From a virus: a DNA stretch of 42,765 bases. Below are positions 18,254 through 26,300 of this stretch, piece after piece (the first letter of the stretch is position 1; each line of letters opens with the position of its first letter). The translations under genes were made by a program, and so were the position numbers. The stretch covers positions 1-42,765 of IMG/VR virus record IMGVR_UViG_3300045988_173299. The stretch is one strand, 5' to 3'. Under the pieces are notes generated by a model. The model was not told the origin of the DNA and did no database searches. It worked only from the letters and a program-made list of their open reading frames with translations.

Positions 18254-18859
18254 ATGTTTATGAATCGTCCACTGTGGATCCGTGCGATTGAGGGCACGGA
18301 CGGGAATGGAGCCGCCAGTGCCCCAGCCAGCGAGCAGCAGACCGGTGAGCCCACCGGCCAGGCTGACGAGGTGGGGCAGGGCAGCCAGGACGACGCCCCG
18401 CCCGCCGAGGGGGAAGAGAATCCCGACGGGCGAGGCTCGAAGAGCGCAGTGCTCGCGGACTTGGCGCGAGAGCGCGACAAGCGGCAGGCACTCGAAGCGA
18501 AACTTGCGGAGTTCGAGAAGGCAGAAGAAGAGCGCAAGCGGTCGGAGATGACCGAGATTGAACGTCTGCAGGCCGACCTTGAAGCCTCCCGTAAGGCTGA
18601 GGAAGACGCCCGCGCGGAGATCGCGAAGCGTGACCTTGACGCAGAGCGCGCGCGGATTGCCGCGGAGTTCAAGATCCCAGCCGCGATGGCTGGACGCATC
18701 ACCGGTGCGACGCCGGAAGAGATGCGCGACGACGCTAAGGCTTTGGCTGAAGCGATTGGCCCCTACACGGGGCCTGCGGATAAGTCGGCGGGTCGTGGCG
18801 GTGGCCAGGCGACGCCGACATCGTTGGAAGCCGCCATCGCGGCTAAGTACCAAAACTAA
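18254..18859 (+). CDS. scaffolding protein
   Basis: 201 aa. Predicted alpha-helical, charged and coiled-coil-like ('EAKLAEFEKAEEERKRSEM...'). Directly upstream of the major capsid gene. Confidence 0.65.
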   Translation: MFMNRPLWIRAIEGTDGNGAASAPASEQQTGEPTGQADEVGQGSQDDAPPAEGEENPDGRGSKSAVLADLARERDKRQALEAKLAEFEKAEEERKRSEMTEIERLQADLEASRKAEEDARAEIAKRDLDAERARIAAEFKIPAAMAGRITGATPEEMRDDAKALAEAIGPYTGPADKSAGRGGGQATPTSLEAAIAAKYQN

Positions 18860-18873
18860 GGAGGATGCCGAAT

Positions 18874-19866
18874 ATGGCACCGATTACTCTTGAGCAGGCA
18901 AAGCTCAACACCATGGAAGACTATGATCCGGCGATTATTGATGAGTTCCGTAAGAACTCGACGCTGCTGGACATGCTCACTTTTGACCGCGCAGTTTCCC
19001 CGGCAGGCGGAGGCGCGACTCTGGACTACGGATACCGTCGAGTCAAGACTGAGCGCGGCGCGGCGTTCCGTGCCCTGAACTCTGAGTACCAGACCGAAGC
19101 TGCGACGACTGAGAAGCACTCGGTTACTTTGGCCCCGCTGGGTGGCGCGTTCGAGATTGACCGTGTCATTGCGAAGCTTGGCCCGGCTGCGTCTGGTGAG
19201 ATTGTGTTCCAGATGCAGCAGCTCATTAAGGCCACCAATGCACGCTTCCTCGATGAGGTCATCAATGGTGATACCGCTGCAGGCGCAAGTGACTCCAGCG
19301 CTGGTTTCGATGGCCTTTCTAAGGCGCTGCTTGGCTCCGATACTGAAGTGACTGACACAGGCTATGACTGGTCGAAGTTCGCATCGGCTGAAGAGAGCCT
19401 TACTGTTTTGGATCACTTGGACGAGTTCACCAGTGTCCTTGATGGCCCGCCGACCGTGTTAATTGCGAACCGCCGAGTCCTTGCGAAGATTCGCGCTGCA
19501 GCTCGCCGCGCTAACCTGTACACCAAGTCCCCGGTCGATGGGCTGCAGGTTAATGGTGTGCCGTTGGAGCGTGAAACTATCGGCAATCTGGTGCTCATTG
19601 ATGCGGGCACGAAGGCAGGCACCAATGATCCGATTATCCCGGTGACGAAGGGTGCGACTGATATTTACGCGGTGCGCCTGGGGCTGGATGGCTTCCACGG
19701 TGTTACGACCACGGAAGGCAGCATGCTACAGACGTGGCTTCCAGACTTTACGACTGCTGGCGCGGTGAAGAAGGGCGAAGTCGAACTTGGCCCGGTGGGT
19801 GTCGCGCTCAAGCGCACCAAGGCTGCTGCGGTTCTCCGTGGCGTCAAGGTGTCTGCGGAGGTGTAG
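18874..19866 (+). CDS. major capsid protein
   Basis: About 330 aa, follows the scaffold gene. RBS aaggagga upstream. Confidence 0.7.
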   Translation: MAPITLEQAKLNTMEDYDPAIIDEFRKNSTLLDMLTFDRAVSPAGGGATLDYGYRRVKTERGAAFRALNSEYQTEAATTEKHSVTLAPLGGAFEIDRVIAKLGPAASGEIVFQMQQLIKATNARFLDEVINGDTAAGASDSSAGFDGLSKALLGSDTEVTDTGYDWSKFASAEESLTVLDHLDEFTSVLDGPPTVLIANRRVLAKIRAAARRANLYTKSPVDGLQVNGVPLERETIGNLVLIDAGTKAGTNDPIIPVTKGATDIYAVRLGLDGFHGVTTTEGSMLQTWLPDFTTAGAVKKGEVELGPVGVALKRTKAAAVLRGVKVSAEV

Positions 19867-19869
19867 CCA

Positions 19870-20160
19870 GTGCGGGTATTCGCACCGAATAAGTATTACT
19901 GCGGCCGTGTCGGCGCTGATGTTTTTATCAACGGTGTTTGCGAGCACGCATCTGAGGCACAGCGCTGGTACTACGTCGGGCGCGGCTACCGCATCGAGGA
20001 TGAAGGGGATTCTCCGGTGCGAGAAGTTCCTTCGAAGCGAGCGTCTGTCGGCAAGTGGCGTGACTTTCTGGAGTCTCGCGGGATTGCATACCCGGACGGA
20101 GCAGCGCGCAGCGACCTGATTCGACTGTGGGAGGAATCTAATGGCGAGGTTTCTAGCTAA
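19870..20160 (+). CDS. hypothetical head protein with a C-terminal HeH/SAP-like motif
   Basis: GTG start. C-terminal motif 'KWRDFLESRGIAYPDGAARSDLIRLWEE'. Confidence 0.4.
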   Translation: MRVFAPNKYYCGRVGADVFINGVCEHASEAQRWYYVGRGYRIEDEGDSPVREVPSKRASVGKWRDFLESRGIAYPDGAARSDLIRLWEESNGEVSS

Positions 20161-20530
20161 CCTGCAGATGGTGTGGCCTGACGCGGATAGGGAGAGGCAA
20201 GCGTATCTTTCCCGGCTTGTTGACCGCGCCGAGGCTCTGGTCGTGCAGCGGTTTCCAATGACACCGCGGCGTGTGGAGGAAGGTTCTCTGTCCAACACGG
20301 TGGTAGCTGGTGTTATCGAGGACATGGTCAACCGTGCTGTGGCGTCACAGGAGCGGGGCGGGGTCGACAAGCTCGCCTACCCTGAAATCACGATGGAGTG
20401 GGGTAACGGTGGGGCGGGTTCTGGGTCCCTTTTGTACCTCACGACAGATGAGCTGCTTGCGCTCACTCCGCCTGAGCCAGCAGCCGCGTTTAGTGTGTAC
20501 CGGAGAGCGAGGCCGTCATGGCCGGCGTGA
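20141..20530 (+). CDS. head-tail connector (gp6-like)
   Basis: 129 aa. Assigned by position after the capsid gene. Confidence 0.45.
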   Translation: MARFLANLQMVWPDADRERQAYLSRLVDRAEALVVQRFPMTPRRVEEGSLSNTVVAGVIEDMVNRAVASQERGGVDKLAYPEITMEWGNGGAGSGSLLYLTTDELLALTPPEPAAAFSVYRRARPSWPA

Positions 20531-20886
20531 CAGTACTTTTCCAGCCTGGATGGGTGCTTCGCGTGCGTGAAAGCGCCGGTATTGACCCGGTAACAGGCAA
20601 TGATGCCGGGGGCACTGTTCGTGAAGTTTCCGGCCGTGGTCTTGTTCAGGCACCGCTATGGACTGGGTTTTCTGAAGTCACAGATAAAGCTGTGGTTGAT
20701 GAACGTCTTGTCATGTGGTGCCCCCGTGATGGAGCCGCGGTGCCGGTGAATCCACAGGCAGAGTTCGTTAGCCCCTCTGGTGAAGTTTGGCAGGCCATCA
20801 CTTCCGGCATTTGGCGGGGTATTCCGGGCAGTAGCCCTGAGTATGTGGCGGTCCGTGTTCGTAGAGCGGAGGAAAAAGATGAGTGA
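20518..20886 (+). CDS. head closure / head-tail joining protein
   Basis: 122 aa. Assigned by position. Confidence 0.4.
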   Translation: MAGVTVLFQPGWVLRVRESAGIDPVTGNDAGGTVREVSGRGLVQAPLWTGFSEVTDKAVVDERLVMWCPRDGAAVPVNPQAEFVSPSGEVWQAITSGIWRGIPGSSPEYVAVRVRRAEEKDE

Positions 20887-21130
20887 TGTAGTCCGGTTCG
20901 TCAACGCCGACGGTGATGTGGTGATTACGGCACACGGTTCGGCCGCGCATCGTAATTATCTAGCGTCGCAGCCAGCTGAAACTGCCTCTGTTCGGCCTGT
21001 TTCACGGAAGGAGGGCTCGAGTGGCGAGGCTGACTCTGTACCGGCAGGCTCTGAGAGCGGAGGCGCGGCGGGAGTCGATGAGCCGGCGCAAGGAAATCGC
21101 CGGGGAAATCGCGGCCGACGCAAGGAATAG
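20878..21130 (+). CDS. hypothetical small protein
   Basis: RBS ggagga lies 5 nt before the ATG. Overlaps the next gene by 110 nt. The C-terminal half is low-complexity. Confidence 0.3.
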
Positions 21131-21323
21131 GGCACCAGTCGTGACGGGTGCCTACCGGGGCGGAATTGGGGTGGAGGCAAATTCTGATGAAGTGCGCGTC
21201 GTTGATAACGATGATGACGCAATTCACAAGGAGTACGGAACTTCTGATACCCCTGCGCATGCTGCGCTTACTAATGCGGCCATGCAATACGGCAGGTATT
21301 CCGGAACGATGCCAAGGAGGTAG
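21021..21323 (+). CDS. HK97 gp10-like tail completion protein
   Basis: Strong RBS ggaaggaggg lies 5 nt before the GTG start. Product begins 'MARLTLYRQALRAEARRE...VTGAYRGGIGV'. Confidence 0.5.
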   Translation: MARLTLYRQALRAEARRESMSRRKEIAGEIAADARNRAPVVTGAYRGGIGVEANSDEVRVVDNDDDAIHKEYGTSDTPAHAALTNAAMQYGRYSGTMPRR

Positions 21324-21326
21324 CTC

Positions 21327-21791
21327 ATGAGGCAACCAATGCCGTATGTTCCTGGTGCAGTTCGGGCATGGCTTCTAAAACAGCCTGAGTTCGTCAATCT
21401 TCTGCATGGCGGCCAGGTGTCAACCCGCGACCTGCCTGACCCACTTGTGCGCCCGCACGTCTTAGTCGCCACGGTGGGGCATGTCGGGCCTGACCCGATG
21501 CTTCGCCGACTAATGATTCAGGTGACTCCGTGGGCTCCGGGGCGAGATGTCTCGGGGCTTGAGGAAGACCCTGATGTGACGGTGTGGAACCTGGCCGCGA
21601 CGGCTGGGGAAATGCTGGGGCGTGCAAAGAACGTCGTGCTCGACGAACAGCATGCGTGGTCGGCTACGTGGGTTGACGGGCCGATTCAGCTTTATGACCG
21701 CAATCGTGGAGCTGACCGGACGTTGTATCAAGCACCGGTTAGGTTTCAGGTTCACCTGCGTCGCAGGCAACCGATAACAGTTAACAATTAG
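21327..21791 (+). CDS. tail terminator-like protein
   Basis: 154 aa. Located immediately before the major tail gene. Confidence 0.4.
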   Translation: MRQPMPYVPGAVRAWLLKQPEFVNLLHGGQVSTRDLPDPLVRPHVLVATVGHVGPDPMLRRLMIQVTPWAPGRDVSGLEEDPDVTVWNLAATAGEMLGRAKNVVLDEQHAWSATWVDGPIQLYDRNRGADRTLYQAPVRFQVHLRRRQPITVNN

Positions 21792-21815
21792 CGCCCCATT
21801 GAGGGCGCTTTCTTT
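21789..21815 (+). terminator. terminator hairpin AGCGCCC-attga-GGGCGCT plus TTCTTTAT
   Basis: 7-bp GC-rich stem followed by a T-rich tail. Upstream of the major tail gene. Confidence 0.45.
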
Positions 21816-21843
21816 ATGCCCCAATGGGGCGGGATGGAGACGA

Positions 21844-22410
21844 ATGTCTACTTTTGCAGATCCGAATAAGGCGTATCTGTGGCTTGATGGTGATGCTTTC
21901 CGAGGTAAGGCGGGCGCAGAGCTTCCTGCCGACCCGTTTGCGGAGAAGCTGGAGGGCTTTGACGCCTTCGGCGGCATCGAAGCCGGTTTTGAGCTGACGA
22001 GCGACCAGTCTGTTACCAAGAAGAAGGTTTTCAACTACCGCACGTCGGCTTACAAGGTTGCGCGTGATCCGCTGGATGAGGGCATGAAGTTCCGTGCGGT
22101 GGACAACACCAAGGCGACTGTGATGACCCGCATGCAGGGCGGCAAGGTCACGATGAAGGGCAAGCACGGTGTCCTCGAGAAGGGCATCGGTGAAGAGTTC
22201 GCACTGCTGGTTCGCCTCGATGATGGTGATGACCAGACGGCTTTCTTCTGCCCTCGTGCAACGCTGTCTGCGCCTGCTACACGTGCAGCAATGGATGGCC
22301 AGAACCTGGACGGGTGGGAGTTCACTGTGACTTTCCTCGAGCCGTGCCTGGAGATTCTTCCGGAGGTCCCGGAAGGCATGCAGGAAGCATCATCCGTCAG
22401 TGACTCTTAG
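21844..22410 (+). CDS. major tail protein
   Basis: 188 aa. Lies between the tail-terminator and chaperone genes and is followed by a strong terminator. The longer TTG start at 21799 sits inside the upstream hairpin. Confidence 0.6.
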   Translation: MSTFADPNKAYLWLDGDAFRGKAGAELPADPFAEKLEGFDAFGGIEAGFELTSDQSVTKKKVFNYRTSAYKVARDPLDEGMKFRAVDNTKATVMTRMQGGKVTMKGKHGVLEKGIGEEFALLVRLDDGDDQTAFFCPRATLSAPATRAAMDGQNLDGWEFTVTFLEPCLEILPEVPEGMQEASSVSDS

Positions 22411-22458
22411 GGCGCAGCCACGTTGAGGTGGCTCCCGGGTGTGCAGGGCGGGCACACC

Positions 22459-22500
22459 GTCACAGTCGTCCTGTGACTTTTCCCGCCCCCTCTTTTCTTT
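22459..22500 (+). terminator. rho-independent terminator (GTCACAG-tcgtc-CTGTGAC plus TTTTCC...TCTTTTCTTTTC)
   Basis: Preceded by two further hairpins (22424-22445 and 22443-22463). Confidence 0.6.
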
Positions 22501-22525
22501 TCTAGTGATTAGGAGTATTTCCGAG

Positions 22526-22897
22526 ATGGAAAAAACCACCGAAACTTCGTTGGAAGCCTTCGACCTGATGGATGCGCTGGCAGTGAACGCTGGAGAACCT
22601 GTGACAGCATCTCTGCTGGGTGTGGACGTGATTATTCGGCGCAACTTCACCGGAGACGAAGTGCGCGAGTTCATGGTGATGCACACAGTCGATGAAGCTG
22701 GCGACACCATTAAGGAGCAGCTGGAGAAGCTGGTTAGTGCTCTTTCAGCTTCTCCAGCTGGTGACCAGGGTGCATTGGTCGAAAAGATTCTGTCGTTGAC
22801 CGTTCCAGAGATTAATCGGGTGGCAGTACGGCTGGGTCAGATTGCTGGTTTGCGCGACGCGGCCGGAAATTTCCTGACTGGTGCGCCTGCCTTGTAA
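22526..22897 (+). CDS. tail assembly chaperone (gpG-like)
   Basis: 123 aa, acidic. Lies between the major tail and tape measure genes. Confidence 0.65.
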   Translation: MEKTTETSLEAFDLMDALAVNAGEPVTASLLGVDVIIRRNFTGDEVREFMVMHTVDEAGDTIKEQLEKLVSALSASPAGDQGALVEKILSLTVPEINRVAVRLGQIAGLRDAAGNFLTGAPAL

Positions 22898-23319
22898 ACC
22901 TGCAGGCGCACCGTGACGCGGTGGTCGGGTTCCGTCGTGAGTACGGGTTGGACTGGCGGGAAGCGCGCCGCTCAATGTGGCACGTTGACCTCGGAGTGCT
23001 AGTCGATGGTCTGCAAGCATGGTCGCTGACTGATGAAAACATTGCTCGTCTCGTTGACCGTGAGGACTATTGGCTGAACTCCGAATACGCGCAATGGACG
23101 ACAGACCCGAACGACCCCGAGGTAGTTGCGGATCGTGAGAGGCGTCGCCGTGCCGGTATCAAACCCCCGCCGGTTCCCCTGTTGCGGCCCGTGGCGCGTC
23201 GACCACGGCGCCAACAGGCCGAATTAGAAGAAGCATTTATCAAGCGTGTGACCTCCGCAGGGACTCAATTGTCGCGGAAGGCGACGCTGAATGAGTTGCG
23301 CGCTGCGCGCGGAAAGTAG
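22526..23319 (+). CDS. tail assembly chaperone G-T fusion via -1 programmed frameshift at 22866-22872
   Basis: The -1 frame is open from about 22738 to 23319. Slippery heptamer A_AAT_TTC in the gpG frame. Product continues '...GRKFPDWCACLVNLQAHRDAVVGFRREYG...'. Confidence 0.55.
22866..22911 (+). promoter_or_regulatory. -1 PRF signal: slippery heptamer AAATTTC, 6-nt spacer, perfect 11-bp stem-loop (GGTGCGCCTGC...GCAGGCGCACC)
   Basis: Seen directly in sequence. The loop contains the gpG stop codon. Confidence 0.6.
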
Positions 23320-26300
23320 GTTGGCGGTGGCTGGTGGCAAAATCGACATCCTTGTCGAGCCCGATTTAAAGGGTTTCGAGGGGAAGCTTGAGTCTGGGCT
23401 GAGTGGCGCTCTTGGAACGGCTGGCAAGATTGGTGCCGCCCTGGGGGTTGCTATCGGCGGGGCGGAGATTTCGCGTCAGATTATCCAGGTCGGCATGGAC
23501 TTCGAGTCGCAGATGAACACCATGTCTGCGGTGTCGCAAGCTACCGGCGCACAGTTGGACGCAGTGGCGGCGAAGGCTCGAGAGCTTGGCAATGACACAT
23601 CTCTGACAGCGACTAGCGCGTCGGATGCTGCTGCGGCGATGACTGAACTTGCTAAGGGCGGGTTCACTGTTGAGCAGTCGATGGAAGCTGCAAAGGGTAC
23701 TTTGCAGTTGGCTGCTGCTGCTCAGATTGATGCGGCTGAGGCGGCTACTATTCAGTCGCAGGCGCTTCAGTCTTTCAGCTTGGGTGCTGAGGATGCTGCC
23801 CGTGTGTCGGATATTTTGGCGGGTGCAGCTAATGCGTCGTCTGCGGAAATTGGTGGTATCGCCCAAGGTCTGCAGCAGGCTGGTGCTGTCGCCAACCAGT
23901 TCGGTGTTGATATTGACGACACGTCTACTGCGTTGGCGATGTTTGCGAACGCGGGTATTCAGGGGTCTGATGCTGGTACGTTGCTGAAGTCGGCGTTGCT
24001 GGCGTTGACTGACCAGGGTAAGCCAGCTCAAGCTGCGATGGAAGAACTCGGGCTGTCGGTGTACGACATGCAGGGTAATTTCGTTGGGTTGCCGTCATTG
24101 TTCGAGCAGTTGGCGGAGGCGCAGAAGTCGATGACGCCGGAGGCGTATCAGGCGGCGACTGCGACGCTTTTCGGTTCGGATGCGATGCGGCTGGCTGGTA
24201 TTGCGGCGGAGCAAGGCCGTGATGGTTTTGAGACGCTTCGGGATGCAGTGACTCGGTCTGGGCAGGCTGCGGAGGTCGCGGCGGCGCAGACGGAGGGGCT
24301 TCCTGGCGCGATGGAGCGGCTGCAGAACTCCGCGGAGGAAGTCGGGCTTGCAGTCTACGACGCTCTTTCCGACAAGCTTGTAGCTGGCGCTGACTTAGCA
24401 ACAACTGCGTTGGAAGCTATTGGTCCTGCTCTTGCTACAGGGCTTGGCGCTGCCTTGGATGTCGTCGGTGGTGCAGCATCAGCTCTTGACGGGCTGGAGG
24501 GTGCGGCGATTGGTGTCGCTGGTGCGTTGGCCTTGTCCTCTTTCACGGATTTTCCGGGGCGAATGAATGCTGGCACGGGAGCCTTACGTGGCTTCGGCGA
24601 GCAGATGAAGGTACAGAAGTCGCTTGCGAAGGCTGCTGGGGTTGAGCTCACTGGCGTCGGCGCGGCGATGGCGACCATGGAGGCCCGTGTCCCGACGATC
24701 CATCGTATGAGTGAGGCGTACCGGAAGACTGGTGCGCAAGCCCGCGCGATGGGAACACTGACTCTAGCGGCGTCGACGCAAGTCGATGGCATGCACCGTA
24801 ACTTGCTGCTGGCTAAAGGTTCCGCGCAGAAGTTCGGCGGAGTCCTCGGAGGTTCGGTCGCCGGTGGCCTGTCTCTAGCGAAATCCGGTGTAACAGGAAT
24901 AATCAATGCCTTGGGTGGCCCATGGGGGCTGGCTATTGCTGGCGCTGGTTTGGCAATCGGGCATCTGATTCAGAAGCACCAGGAAGCTAAGCAGGCTGAG
25001 GAAGAGCATAAGGCAGCGCAGGAAGCGCTACGTGAATCACTTGACCAAACTACGGGTGCGATTACAGCGCAGACCCGTGAACTTGTTCTGAAGGCGGCGC
25101 AGGAGTCGGGTGCCGCAGATACCGCGCGTGAACTTGGGATTTCTCAGGAGACCCTCGCGGATGCGATGACCGGTGTTGAAGGGGCGCAACAAAAGGTCAA
25201 TGCCGCGATTGATGTTGGTTCCCAGAAAGCCCTGGAGAGCTCGAAGGCGTGGGAAACATCCGGTCGGAATCTCCGCGGGATGGGCATTACCGCTGAAGAC
25301 GTGAGCGAAGCAATTTTCGGCACGGGGCAGGCGTCGCAGGATGCGATGGACAAAATTATGTCCAAGGGGCCGGCTGCCGTTGATGCGTTCAATAAAGTCG
25401 CCAGCGGGGTAAAAGACGCGGATGAAAAGTTCAAGGGCCTCCGTGACCAAGTCAACCGAACCTCGGATGATCTCGACAAGATTGAAGCAGAGGCGAAAAA
25501 AGACCGCTTGGCAGGGCTGCGGGATTCCACTGAGAAAACCAAGAAGGCGATGGAGCTTCTTGGTGACAGTGTTACCAGCATTCCGGATAATAAGACTCTG
25601 AAAGTCGAAGCTGATGCGGTAACTGAGGAAACCAGAGCCAAGCTGGAAGAGTTGGGTCTTAAGGTGTCGGAGCCAATGAATGGCGAAGTCACTGTCACTT
25701 TCCCGGATGGCGCAGAAATCGTCTCGACACTGGAATCAATTGGCATCCAAATCAGTGCCCTTCCAGATGGTTACATCGAAATTACAAATAACTCGCCAGA
25801 GGTTGAGGCGCAGCTTACTGAGCTCGGACTGAAGGTCGTTGACCACGAAGGCCACGTTGTCATTGACTCGAACGATGAAGAAGTTGCCCAACGAATGGTC
25901 GAGTTAGGGCTGCTGGTAGAAAGCCCCATTTCTGGTCAGCTAGAGATCGCGGACAACGTCGCCGAGGTGCTAGCGCGTAAAACCGAGCTTGAAGCCACAA
26001 CAGGGTCGGAGCACCATGTTTCTGACAACACTGATGAGGTCAAGAGCCGAAAAGACGAGCTGAAGTCTAAGACCGAATCTGACCACAAGGTCAGCGACAA
26101 CACCCAAGATGTCAAGAACCGTAAAGAAGAGCTCAAGAAAGACACGAGTTCTCACCACACCATTTATGTACGCCAGGTTGAGTACGCCAACTCCGCTGGC
26201 GGAACACGACCTCTGCCTCGTGCGATGCAGTGGCAGGGTGGACTGTGGCAAGGGCCAGCCTATGCTCTCGGGGACCGACATACTGGGTACAGGCTCCCAA

